Shown piece by piece: positions 1-12,480 of a stretch of 64,000 nt of DNA (the stretch's first letter is position 1; each line of letters begins with the position of its first letter). The translations under genes were made by a program, and so were the position numbers. The DNA comes from Azolla caroliniana (taxonomy: Eukaryota > Plantae > Polypodiophyta). The DNA is taken from contig JBHGNT010000002.1 in the NCBI GenBank assembly GCA_043228905.1, positions 27,280,001 to 27,344,000 of the forward strand, read 5' to 3'. Below the pieces are notes generated by a model, which was not told the DNA's origin, ran no database searches, and worked only from the letters and a program-made list of their open reading frames with translations.

Positions 1-51
1 TCAAAAGGAAATTCTAAAAAAGATAAATGGAATTGCGAGAAATAAGCTTAC

Positions 52-239
52 TGTTGTTTCTGAGTCCCACTTCCAATCCTTAGTTAATGAGGAGTAACTC
101 TTGTGCAACCACCATACTGCATCTATATTCTTTTTGCAAGCTTGTAAGCACACTTCCAATGATGATGTTTCGACAAACTTGCTTAATAATTCCATGTCAT
201 AACGTTCTTCCATGGTAAGGCCACCCTTAGGTAGTTGCA
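52..239 (-). CDS. Internal exon of a probable GDP-fucose O-fucosyltransferase-family gene (continues beyond window start)
   Basis: Acceptor CACTAG ends at 240 and donor GTAAGC starts at 51. The phase matches the upstream exon (A|TG), giving ...RHS-MQLPKGGLTMEERYD...WDSETT. Confidence 0.65.
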
Positions 240-740
240 CTAGTGACATCAAATAATTATAAAATGTTGAGTGTATTCATTATATGGAATCTCAAGATTG
301 GCTTTCAAATAACAAACTTATTTTAACATCTTAGTGGATCAAGAAAGTGCTTACAATTTCCCGATAAGGAATGGAGATGAAGCACTTGCATGCTTATTGG
401 TAAATGTTTCAATGCATTCAAGTCATAAACAATATTAGAGGACGAGAATACTTATTGTCGATTATTAATGAACCCTAAGGAGTCTCCAATGGAGTATATA
501 CCCCAACTACCTAAATATCTTTCATAAAAATACATCGCAGAACAAATGCCGGTTGGTATATCCCTAATTAACAAATGTTGCAAACAAACCAGTTAAGACA
601 CTACATTGTCCTATTGATTAAGAAAATCATGGACAATCGACCAACAATAGAAGACAAAGCATTAAATTGGTACATTATGTGAGGACGAGTAATAACTATG
701 TATAAGAGAACTAATTCCTTCAAAGTCGAGTTTCTCTTAC

Positions 741-894
741 TTGAATGTCTAGGAGGGCCATTGAAGAAAGGAGTCAAGCAGAGGGTCCTATGAGTCGCAC
801 GTGCGACCAAAGCAGCTCCCATGTACTCCATCAATTGGTTATTATCACCCACCACGTTGCTTAACATCGGCACTAGATATTGAACATTGTCCAC
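741..894 (-). CDS. Exon with O-fucosyltransferase N-terminal motif
   Basis: Bounded by an AATAG| acceptor and a |GTAAGA donor. The peptide YLVPMLSNVVGDNNQLMEYMGAALVARATHRTLCLTPF matches the family pattern G-x-N-N-Q...A...R-T-L-x-L. Confidence 0.7.
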
Positions 895-1613
895 CTATTC
901 ATCATTTCAATAGATCCCCGAGAGTACCATTATTTAGTAAATTCATCTAATAATATTCAACATTCATCAAGTTTGATTGAAAACCTACCCCTTGTTTATA
1001 TTTTCGTTTGTTGGGATGCATGGCATGCAATATGTGTTTTGCATACTCTTACACACAAATGATGCACTATCATACACTAGTACCAATCTACTTGTGTAGC
1101 TACCCCTCCCACCCCATGACAACATTGTCTCATGAGCTTTCCACATTCATGGATAACACTCCAATGACCAAGGAAACTTCTAATGCATACTTCATCGACT
1201 ATACATGTTCTGTTTCCGAGTTAACCTCTACAGTCCCTAGGTCATTTAGATTGTAAATTCCAACCTATCCAAGCTTTGTCCACCATACACTTGAAGTTCC
1301 TGTAGACTTGCACTGCTGAAATTTACCCATGTTTTGTTTCATAAGATATGCCAAATTATCTTGCAACATGGATACCCCTCTTTCGATGAAGATCGTACCC
1401 TCTAATCAATCCAACCTTTGTTATTATTGTTAACATATGGAATTGCATTCTTAAACAAGCTTGCACTCATATCAGATTATCTGAATCAGCATGTATTCAA
1501 TTTAAGCCAATTGATTTAATTGAGTAGAGCTTATTTCAGATCTATGTCAACATTGATTGATCATATTCAATTTTGTACTCTAATAACATTGTGTATCTTT
1601 CTTGATTAAGTAC

Positions 1614-1832
1614 CTTGGTCGGTTCGTTCACATGTTTGTGCTCGTGTTCCTTGATCGATTCCAAGATGGGATCATTTGGAGTTTCTAGATTCGGATCGCT
1701 CGGTTGGAATAAATTCGCCGCCAGATCAAGGATGGTAGATGCGCTCCATGAAGACACTAGAGTAGGATAATTACAAAGCAGTGTGAATTGTGCAATAAGA
1801 ACCAATACACTCTTAATCCACAACTTGCCCAT
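1614..1832 (-). CDS. Probable first coding exon (hydrophobic signal/anchor plus stem) of the same gene
   Basis: ATG at 1832, hydrophobic segment LWIKSVLVLIAQFTLLC, and AAG|GTACTT donor at 1613 (phase 0, compatible with the exon at 894). An intervening exon cannot be excluded. Confidence 0.5.
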
Positions 1833-3063
1833 GATGATGGTGTAATTATGGTTAATGAGGTGCTATGCCATAATTAACCATGTACATGGGGAGGAAAAGA
1901 GCACTAATGAAAGAATGGTGTTGTAAAGCGTTGTCTCCATGTGTTTGAATGAGACAATGAAGGAACAGAGTTCTAAAACATTTAGCTTCAATTGCCACAA
2001 TTGTCTTCATAAGGCTAATTTCTATCGTTTTCATTTCTTGTATCGACAATACTTGGTTGTAAACAGGTCGGTTTCAACTTTTTTAAAGCAAGCTCTTTCT
2101 TCGGACCCAATTCTTAGTGTGTATGATCTCACACTAAAATATGGGAGGGTTTTGTGATGGGCATTGGTCACTAGTATATCAAACCCTTTAAAGCTCGATG
2201 ACACGCAAACCCACCACGAACTTAATGTTTCAAAGCTCAACCATATTTATATGTTTGAGTCTAGAATTTTTGTATGGTGAGCTTACAAGTCTCCTTGGAA
2301 ATCATTAGTAGCCGGAACTTAGAGTGTGTGTATAGGTTATTCACTCACATTGTGGTTAGGCACGACATTGCCTTACGTATTTAATTACATATTGATGGTA
2401 TATGCGTTGTCGACATCAACCAAAAGATGGAGAGTTTCACTTTCTCGAGACTTTCAATGGAACTTTTTTGTTTTGGCTCTTCTCCATAGCGTACACATGC
2501 CAGCTATTGAGACCACAAGAAAAGTTTAAAGGTTTCTTATGACATGCTTCATTTTCTCCCTTGCACGAAGATTATTTTATCGTCCATAAGAGATGCTCTA
2601 AGAATTGCTCCTAATTGTTTTGGCAAATTGTTTACTCACTTAAGTATATTTATTAGCCTATCATTAGTAAGATAACAAAGTTTCCATCTAATGGTGGTTG
2701 AGTTGAGTTAAGCTATATTTATCATAGGTTCACTAAAATGTGCAGTATTGATGGGTATTAGCTAAGGAAAATGATAAGGCATTTTCCGTCTCACATGTGA
2801 ATATTAGAATAAAAAGCACTTTTATTTTATTCCTTTATGTTTCATGGAGTAGTTCTTGAGTTCTTTTTATACCACGAGTCTATGTTTTTCAACATGTCTA
2901 CATCTATTTGGGCCACTTGACTAATGCGTTTTGAAATTATTAAATTTGGTCACTCATTCATGCTCATATAATATGTAATGCAACAAGCAAGCTTATTGGA
3001 ACATGCAACAAAAGAACTTATGCATTTATGCTATCACTTAATGAGCATTTGTAAACATGTCAT

Positions 3064-3386
3064 TAACAATTAGTAACGGTTCAGTTCGGTTCGAGAGGGT
3101 CCAAACTGAACCGAACCATTATTTTTTTTTTCCCAAACCGTTAAGCCATTAAACCGGTAAATCCGTGGTTTCAGTTTTCAGCTTAGGTCAAAATTTAAAT
3201 TATTTCATTATTTAAAATATTTAAGATTTCCCTGAAATGTGAGAATAAGGCATGAAAATGAAAAGATTATTTAAAAACAATTAAATTTTTTTTATTTAAA
3301 AATAAAAAATAAAAAATAAAAAACCGTTAAACCATTTAAACCGAACCGAACCGTTTAAATCGTTAAGCCGTCGTTGCTGATTGTTA
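3064..3386. mobile_element. Non-autonomous hAT-type MITE
   Basis: Perfect 8-bp TSD CATGTCAT (3056-3063 and 3387-3394). Imperfect TIRs TAACAATTAGTAACG / TAACAATCAGCAACG. Subterminal AACCG repeats. Confidence 0.8.
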
Positions 3387-5138
3387 CATGTCATCTCTAC
3401 ACCGTTAAAGAAAAACATAAAAGGAATTATATTCTATAAAAACATGTTTTGTTCATGCTATCTTGCATTTGTCGCCCACCTTTTTTCTCGTTTCCATTGT
3501 TTTACCACCCATTTTTATTTTATTACTATAAATATACATATCTGTATTTGAAATTTAACATGTATGTGCTTGCCCAAAGCCTAATCACACATGGTTTAAT
3601 TGTGTATTTATGACTAGTTTTTTGTGTGATTAATAATCTATACTCTGAGCAAATGCATATAGATGAATTTGACACATAAGCATATTTAGATCATTTTTGT
3701 GTTTATATACATGTTAGTTTTTTTCCCAAAAAGACGTTACTTTCCTATTAGTTAGGAGAATTATATACATGTTAGTCGACGGTTGTTTTGAAGTGTGAGC
3801 TTATAGAGCAATAAAGTGGAGAAAACCTTGTTTGTTCCTTGGTCATAAGTTGTTTCAACAAGAGTGGAATGTGCGCTAGTTAGAGAGGTTTTGGATCCTC
3901 TATTTTCTATACAAAATCTTCACCCATTTGCTAACCTTTATAGTTAGATAGTTGGAATAACATCAAAACTTCTATCATTTTCACCTTTTTGATTACTAGT
4001 AGAGCAACATGAAATCAATCTAAACTTTATCCAAATGAACTTTCCAACAAATGAGTGTACTAAGCTTGTCATAAAGCTAAAAGTAAATGTCAAACTATTA
4101 TGGCATTATCATATTGCACCTTTCCACTAAATTCACAACTCAATAAAGTGAACTATTCATTGTGATTTTTTGTAGTTTTATTTTTGATGGTGTTACACTT
4201 GAACTTGATAACAACTAGTTTGCAACATTCACTCAAACGATCCCATTTCAACAATCACCTTTTGTGTCATCCAAATCTAACATTGTAAAATTTACTTACA
4301 TAGTAATTGCCCTAGCCACATCCCCAACCACACTTTTCAAGGTTTCAACTTAAACTGGTTTTACCAACATTTGTGTCCACAAACAGTATTTTGTCATGCT
4401 CTTGTGGTACCATATTCACTTGGTTGTCTCAACCAACCTAACCTAGTCCATATAAATAATTCCCTATGTATGCATGGACATCTTAGAGAAAGTGTTTAGA
4501 ACTCCAACTTGGGTTGGTGTTCCTTTTCTGAGCCTCGGGCATAAGTGTAATTCGCTTTGTGAGTGTTGAGAAATCAAGCAACCCAAGTTAAGGTTAAATG
4601 TAAGTATCCTTCTTTATATTGGCGGCTAGTTGGTGGAGTACATTTCTACCCACTTAGGTTTTAGTAGTATTGTTTTTGAGTTGTAACAAAAAGCAAAAAA
4701 GAACTAGACATGTGTTTTTATTCAATTCAAATCTCTTTTTTTTTCGAAGAAAGGGTGCTTCCCATTAGTTAGGTAAAATGCCTTTATAGACTGATATGTA
4801 CACCAATAATGTAATAATAGACACTCAATAGTTTTATCTACCACATTACCCTATATGGTACACTCCTCTCTATTTATCATTGAACTCCTCTAAAACTGAT
4901 ATTTTGATCACGAACAAGAAAAAGATATTGTAATCTTCATTTGTGTTGATCATCTTGTCACCTGCAAAATCTCAAAAGAATACCATACATACCTTCATGG
5001 TTGGGCTGCCAGGGCGGATATAGCCATTTAGGCGTGGAGATTGGAGAAGAAAGCTTGGATATCAGAAGACCTTTGTAGATTGAATGCATTGTACAACCAA
5101 CAAGGGGAATGCATATTTGGTGCTCGAATTGGATGTGT

Positions 5139-5396
5139 GACATCTGGCCCACCATAGCCTCTATCACGTTATGGAACATCTAGAAATCTAGATGCAAAGC
5201 ATATCTCTCGAGAGAAGAAAGTCGACCAAGGGAGAAAATCATTGCTCTATGGTATGATCTAGCAACAAATATTCGAGCTCAATATGAAGAGTTGCAAGGC
5301 TCTTCAGACACGCTGGAAGATGTGAGACTTTCCTTTCAACAATCATGGTCGGATTCGCCCTTGGTGGACTATGTAAAAAGTGTGCCGAAGTGGTGA
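5139..5396 (+). pseudogene. Degenerate LINE ORF2 C-terminal remnant
   Basis: Translates to DIWPTIASITLWNI*KSRCKAYL...IIALWYDL..., resembling the LW-x-IW-x-x-R-(N/C) motif after the zinc knuckle of plant L1 ORF2. Confidence 0.45.
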
Positions 5397-6389
5397 TATT
5401 CAATTCAAATCTTCACTTTGTAACAAGTATTTTTTTTTCTAGCCTCGATCTTTGCTTCTCCTTTGTGATTTCTCTATATGGTAAGAGGAAGTTTATTTTA
5501 TGAATTTGTTTACATGGTACCAAAAGCTTGGTTGTGACTGTAGTCATCATCAAAGGACTCCACATTACTTACGTAAACAACCCTTTTAAGTGCTTATAAG
5601 TGAAGAATAAGGTTTCAAAAGTTGTGAAATAAATGTGATTGAAATTTTTGAAAATTTATAAGTTGGGAAAAATTGCCTCAAGTGATGTTAGAAGAAAATC
5701 ATGAATACCCAAGTGTTGTGGAAAGTCATATGACTAAAGTTGGAGAAATTGAAAGTTCTATAAAAGGTACATAAGGTACATTGATAAGAAAACGTGGGCT
5801 ACAAAATGACTTACAAAGAATGCAAATAACATCATAAATTCCACTATTTCAAAATTTAGATGGAAAAATCCTTTTTGCAAAGGGATAATAAGAATTCATT
5901 AAGGGAGACAGAGAGTGAGAGATGCCATAAGAACTTCTTACCTTCTTTTAGGGTTTCATTTAGGTCTTTTCCGTCAGCGTCATGTGGGTTGGGTCTCTCT
6001 TTTCGAGTGAAGGTTTAGGGTTCCCAGCTTTTGGCGGGTTTTCGTGTTTCGTTAGTTCCCCACCTTCGGTTCAGTCTGGTTGAGAGCTTGTATGCTCTAA
6101 GGGTTTCCGTTCGTAGCTCTGTCTCTTGTGCAAGACCCCACTCACGTAGGCGAGCCCGAGTGCTCCCCAATTGGCGGCTTGGCGGCAGACAGATGTTGTG
6201 CTTCAGTAAGAGGGCTCATCTTCAGCGCAAGGCTTCCACTCGCGTAGGTGAGCCCGAGTGCTCCTCGACTAGAGCTTGAGTGTAGACGGCCATTTTATCT
6301 ATTCGGTATTGGATCGGCTTGAAACCGGCGTTGTAGCTTGTGTCCCTTGTAAATATATATAAGAAATGCTCGAAACCGGCATTGTAACT

Positions 6390-6497
6390 TGTTGAGCAAG
6401 CAAGCTTAATCGGATCTGAATCGGCTGAATAAGCCAAAGCTAGATCGGCATCCAGAAGGATGAGCTGGATTGGTATCCGGATGGTATCCCGAAACAC
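6390..6497 (+). repeat. Truncated 5' part of a Copia LTR
   Basis: Clear homology to the LTR starting at 8739 (TGTTGAGC.AGCAAGCT.AA.CGGATC...GGATGGTATCC). Confidence 0.75.
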
Positions 6498-6499
6498 CC

Positions 6500-7150
6500 C
6501 TATTGGAAGGCTTTACCGATTCGGACATGTCGGTTGATACAGATACCATCAGCTCTACGTCCGGATACATCATGACCTATTCAAGGGGAACCTTGTCGTA
6601 GCAGTCGAGGATGCACAAATCCGTTGCATTGTCAACAATAGAAGCGGAATACATGGCGGTTGTAGAAGCCAACAAGGAAGTAATCTAGATGAAGGACTTC
6701 ATCGAAGAGCTAGGAATCAAGCAGGGGGAATACCGGCTCTACTGGAATAGTCAAAGTGCCATCCACCTTGCAAAGAACGCGGCCTACCACTCCTGGACCA
6801 AGCACATCCAAAGGAGATATCACTGGCTTCGGGAGAAAGTAGAAGATAAAGAATTTTCGTTGACAAAGATCCATACGAAGGAGAACGGGTCGAACATGCT
6901 AACCAAGGTGTTGTCAGCCGACAAGCTAAACGCGTGTCGGTGACGGATCGGATTGGCAAGACATCGCATGCCGGAGTGAAGGGGGAGTTTGTTGGGAAAC
7001 CGATCCCTCCGGATGGGGATCAGAGAAGTAGAATAAAAACGAACTGGATCAGAGTGTTTGGAAGGATATCCAAAAACCGGATTGGTGAATCCGGTATGAA
7101 CCGAAAGAGAGACAAATATGTAAATATGTTTCGTATGGGCAACGGTGTGA
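6500..7150 (+). mobile_element. Copia (Tork-like) 3' fragment: RNase H, PPT and start of LTR
   Basis: FTDSDM...VALSTIEAEY...SQSAIHLAKN..H..TKHI. PPT GAAGGGGGAG is followed by TGTTGGG at 6990. Related to the element at 33860-39332. The right end is approximate. Confidence 0.85.
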
Positions 7151-8149
7151 AAATTGCATGGAATGTACAAATTCGAGTGTGGTTCTTCACACACAATATG
7201 AAACAATAATAGTGAAGATATTATTTTATATTCGTTTAATATCTTGGTATGAAAAGATAGATGTTTTCAAGAGCTTCCGAATGCATTTTACTACATGTGA
7301 AATGGACAACTTAGTGTGAAGTTATGTGAGTGTCAAGAAGAAGAAGAGAAAAACAAAATTATGATATATCCCACATAGATAGGAAACCATCAGGATTCAA
7401 GAGTATATAAATAAAGCCATATCTCTTTATATCTCATTTATGTGTTAGGAGCACAAAAAGGTTGGGTTGTATAACTTGGATGAATGGATACGACCAAGTT
7501 GTTCAAAATGGTTTTGGAGAACTGGAATCAGACCAGATGGAATACGGATCGAACCGGTCGGGACCAGACAGATGGATCGGTTGGGTCGGTTGAATAGGTT
7601 GATCGCGATGCACGATGTCTTGAAGATTTTTCGATGTGAAACGAACAAAATTGTCTAACGGTTCCATCGGGTCATTGGAGGTCAACTAAAGATATAATAT
7701 GCAGTTAAACATTTGTAAAAACAAGACTAAAGCCTTGTAAAAATTTGTGTTTACAGGGGTGTAAGTAAAAATTTAAACATTCCACCTCCTACATAAGAGC
7801 CACATGGCTTACCACTAAGTTAAGTCATGACTTTAGAGTTATATTTTTATCATTGTACTTTTCATATGTAAAATCATATACATGAAAGCTTGGATGAGTG
7901 ACATGGCAAACATGCATCGCATGCATTTCATGTGTTACGTGCATGTCTTGCACCCTCCCATGCATCGTATGCATGGGGGGATCTATAAAAGAATGGAGGT
8001 TAAGCAAGATGGGACTAATGAAGAAATTGGGGAAGAAATTAATAATAATAATAATAATAATAAAACAAGTTATCCTAATGGTGATGTATCTTGTCTCTCA
8101 AATCTAAAATCAAGGGTTTAATCTCAATCTATCTCAAATCATTTCGCGC

Positions 8150-8738
8150 TAAAGCTAGTGCAAACTTCGAATCCTTCCTATCCAAAACCCCGACGGTTCC
8201 GCCTCACGATCCATACATAGTGACGGATTTTTCACGACATAACTAAGTGGTGAACCCGACATGAAAGAGGCGGTTTAAGGATCAAGTCAAGGATCGACCA
8301 ATACTTGGAGATGGCGTCCTCAAGCAATCAAGTGGGAGAGTTCGAAAGGATGATGCTAATTGTCGAACAAATGATGAGATCTCGGGACAACAATGCGAGC
8401 GTGGAGAAGGCTGTCGACCGTGTCGTGGAGCTCGAGGGTCAATTTGACGAAAGGAACATTACGAAGTTCCTTGATGCATACAGAAGGGAGATGAATCAGA
8501 GGGACGTGTCTGAAGCACGTCAAATCACAAGTTTCAAGAGAGTGGTCACGAACAACATCCAAAGACACATCATCGAGCTTCAAGAAGCCAAGACAACATG
8601 GTCTAAGTTCGAGAAAGCAATAATAGCGGAGTTCGCGACGGAAGATTTGTCGAGGATGACTCGACATGCCTCGATGAAGTGGATAGAGAAGAAAAATAAG
8701 AAGATGAGTGCCTCGAGGGTGTACGACGAGTTTGACCA
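8150..8738 (+). mobile_element. Gypsy (tRNA-Trp family) fragment: LTR end, PBS and gag start
   Basis: LTR end TTCACGACA at 8239 and PBS TGGTGAACCCGAC at 8248-8260. The ORF from 8305 (EKAVDRVVELEGQFDERNITKFLDAYRREM) is homologous to Gag at 53583-54596 and is cut by a Copia LTR at 8739. The left end is approximate. Confidence 0.8.
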
Positions 8739-11520
8739 TGTTGAGCGAGCAAGCTCAACCGGATCCGGATCGGCTGAATAAGCCAGACCCGGATCGGCAT
8801 CTGGGAGGATGAGCCGGATTGGTATTCGGATGGTATCCAGAAACAACCGGCCGGATCGGGGAAATGGATCAGGGAGATGGATCAGGGAGATGGATCGGAG
8901 AGCCGGATTTGAACGCGAACCAGAAGCCTAGTAGTAGCCTAGACTACTAGGTAATCATTGTCACGTAGTTAGTGTCAGTCGCTCGTATGGGCATTGAAGT
9001 ACATAGTACTTCTGTCAGTCCTTTTGAAGACTTATATAAATAGTGTTGTTTAGCACGATGTATGTAGAGAGTTACAAAGTGTTTTTATTTTTGAATCTAT
9101 GTTTACGTTCTGCTGTCTCTGTCTCTCCCACGTATATTCTTTGTGTATTAAGCTTCTCCATTAAACCTTCATCTTATTCTCTGTTGCTATACAGCTGAGC
9201 CGGTTTTTGGTCTAACGCTTCCACACACTAACATTCACATGGTATTAGACCACGAGGGTTGAGAACCTCTGCAACCGACACTTGCTTTCATAGACGAACC
9301 CTAGAACCCGGTAACAACAGACAGAGAGAAGATATGGACAGAGGAATGGCGAGTTCACTCCCGACAGAGAAGCTTGACCGGAGCAACTATGCGTCCTGGT
9401 CATACAAGATGCACCAGTACCTACTGGTGCCTGGATATTGGAGCTTCGTGCAATGAACGAACGAGGTAGTGCCGGAGCCGACACACGAGGACTTCTCAGT
9501 ACGGGAGCAAGGAGCGAGCTGAGTACTGTACTGCCTCGCGTCCTGTGTGCACGACCAAATGCTCAGCTACATAAAGGATGCGAAAATGCCGAAGGAGGCT
9601 TGGGGAAATCTGAGGAAGCCTTCGGACGCTACGCAAGCAAGGGGAGTCAAAGCGGCGTTGGAAGCCGACACGGAATGCTGGTATTGTGGAGAAAAGGGCC
9701 ATAGGGAAAGAGAGTGTTGGAAGAAGCGCACCAATTCGGACAAATCCGGATCCGGAAAAACCGGTCGGGAAAGTTGGCAAAGCTCGCACTACGTGGAAGG
9801 ATCGGAGGGATCCGGAACCGGAAAAACCGGAAAGGGGCTAGCCTTCGTGATGAAGCACAAGGCTAACTTGATGAAGAAGACTACTTTCAGATCAGAGGAG
9901 GTATGGTATGTTGATTCCGAAGCATCCAACCACATGACGAGCCATGAAGAGTGGTTCTCCTTTTTGGAAAAACCGGAACAACTGGGGATTGTCGGAACTG
10001 GAGACAACTCCCCTCACCCGATTGTGCATGTCGGAGAAGTTCCTTTAAGCCATGTCGGACAAAAGGGGAAGCTGATGAATGTACTACACGTTCTGACTAT
10101 CACAAAGAACCTGGTGTCGGTCAGACAAATCGTCGACTAGGGGATGCATGTGCGGTTTACGCACCTCGGGTGCTTCATCGAGGAAGAGGACCGGATAATC
10201 GCGCAAGGGCGCAGGGAAGGGAGGATGTTCATCCTCAACACAAATGACATTGGCACCGCCATGTTTGCCAAAGGACAGAAGATTGAATCAGACATAGATC
10301 TCTGGCACAAGCGGATTGACTACGTCAATTATCTGACGCTTCAAGACTTGCAATCGAAACAAGTCGTTTTCGGTTTGCTGAAATTTAGCGGCCAGAAGGC
10401 CGAAATTTCTGAAGCCTACCTACTTGAGAAGCAACACCGGCTTCCATTCCCCACCTAACGAAACCGGAGCCGTACCAAGCTTGACCTAATCCATTCGGAT
10501 GTATGGGGACCGGCATAGAACGTTAGTCTTGGCAGGAGTCGATACTTCGTCTCCTTCATTGACGACTATAGCTGGCTCATGTGGATCTACCTCATCGAAT
10601 GGAAGAGCAAAGTCTTTGAATGTTTTTGGAACTTGCAAAGCTTAGTTGAACGGGAAACAAAGAGGAAGTTCAAGTGCTTGTGGTCGGACCGACCATTTCA
10701 ACAATTATTTGAAGTAGAACGGAATTCGAAGAGAATTCAGCTGCAGATACACATCGGAGCAAAACGGTTGGCCGAAAGGCAGAGCTGGTCGATTGTCGAT
10801 GCGGCAAGGGAAATGCTAGAGGAGAAGAGCATGCCCCATTTCTATTGGGTTGAGGTGGTCCTGACAGCTGTCTACATCCAAAACCGGATCGGTGACAAGG
10901 TGTCATCACAAGAGCTGTATTTCGGGCGCAAGCCGAATTTGAGATACCTTCGGATATTCGGTAGCATAGCATATGTGCATGTACCAGATGAGAAGGAGAG
11001 GAAGCTTGATCCGAAGTCGGAGAAGTGCATCCTGGTCGGTTACTCGCATAAGCAGAAGGGGTATAAGTGTTATAACCCCCGGACGAAGCAGGTCCGAGTA
11101 AGCCGAGATGTTGAGTTCGATGAGACGGCATTGTGGTACTCCCTACCGATTCCAACTTCCGACTCTGAGTCCTGACCCAATCTTAGAGGATGAGGCCAGT
11201 GAGCCTGAACTGGTCAAGATAGAAGATGACGAGCTTGAGACTCTTGAAGATAGTCCGGAATCGTTTCAGTTGAGCGGATCGAACGAGCGACTGGGTCAAA
11301 GTGACTAGTCCAATGAGGAACCGACGAGTAGTGGAGACTCTGTTGTGCTCTCCCCGCACAAGGAACCGAGGAGACGGTTCACGCGCAAAGAGAAATAGAA
11401 CCAGAAAATGTCGGAATACGAAGCTAGCAATGTTGAGTTGGATAAGAAGGCGGATCTTCGGGAATGAAGTCCGAACCGGCCAAGAAGGGCCCCAAACCGG
11501 GTGATGACAATGAAAACGAT
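8739..11520 (+). mobile_element. Degenerate, 3'-truncated Copia element (LTR 8739-9239, deleted gag, PR, integrase)
   Basis: TG..CA LTR and degenerate iMet PBS TGGTATTAGACC at 9240. Peptides EKLDRSNYASW, CWYCGEKGHREREC, WYVDSEASNHM, HSDVWG and KLDPKSEKC. Many stops and frameshifts. Confidence 0.85.
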
Positions 11521-12480
11521 TACTTGCGGAAGCGTTAGAAAACAGAGGAAGCAGAGAATACACATAATACACGGGAGAGACAGAGAGAGCAGAACGTAAA
11601 AGCTATATATTCAAAACAATATAAACACTCTGTACATACAACTATGCTCACTAGCACTATTTATAGAAGTCCTCGTGGGACTGACAAAAGTACCGCGTAC
11701 TTCAATGCTCACACGAGAATCTGACACTTACTACGAGACTATAACTGCCTAGTAGTCTAAACTAATACCAGGCTTCCGGTTACCGATTGGATCTGGCTAA
11801 TCGGCTCCCCAGCTCACCGGCTCGGTTGCTCACCGGCTTACCGATCCGTCTCGCTCACCGGCTCAGGCTTATCCAGCCGATCCGGCTCCAGTTGAGCTTG
11901 CTGCTCAACACTCCCCCTCAAGCTCAACTTGAGGTTAGATCCTAGTGTCAGCCTCTGTGGCAGTCGGTTCTTCCAACTGACTTCTCTTGGCGTCGCTCCG
12001 CCTTGCTCGCGCTCCTCGTCCGGTCCGGTTCTGTTTGTCGCAACCCCTCTTGTTCTGTGCACCTCGACCTCCTCGGTTCTCTTGTCTGCTCAACAGGCCC
12101 AATTCAGTTCCCTTGCTGCTGTGACTTCGACACGTCCCGGTTTGCTGATTCCTTCGTGTTGGCGTCGACTTTTGCTGCCTTCTCGTCCTCTTGGCCTTGA
12201 ATTGATCTGGTTCTTCTGAATCTGTCTGTTGAACCGAATCGACTGTCTCTGATTCGTTCCCGCTCTTGTCCAAATCGGTTGCTCCCGATTCGTCCTCTAG
12301 TTCTAGGAACTTCACCACATCGGACCATGTCCAGGTCTTGGCCTTCTTCCTTTGGTCGGCTTTGTCCTTCTTGACTCTACCGCCGCTGCCGCTTGTTCCG
12401 ACTTGTTCGGACATGTCGACTTCCCTTGTTGATTCGGCTCCTTTCTTCTTCTTGACTCTCCCTTCGTCGGTTCTTCCCTC
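11521..12480 (-). mobile_element. Inverted 3' end of a related Copia (3' region, PPT, truncated LTR)
   Basis: On the minus strand, PPT GAGGGGGAG (11911-11919) is followed by TGTTGAGCAGCAAGCTCAAC from 11910, homologous to the 8739 LTR. Both ends are approximate. Confidence 0.75.

Noticed and set aside
7860-7985. RY (CATGCA) cluster and hairpin as a miRNA or regulatory module
   Set aside because: The stem is short and the CATG/TGCA richness is expected from CpG decay in an old repeat. There is no independent support.
11935-12414. 159-aa minus-strand ORF in a Copia 3' region as an accessory gene
   Set aside because: It is low-complexity and purine-biased, with a single truncated copy and no supporting homology in the window.
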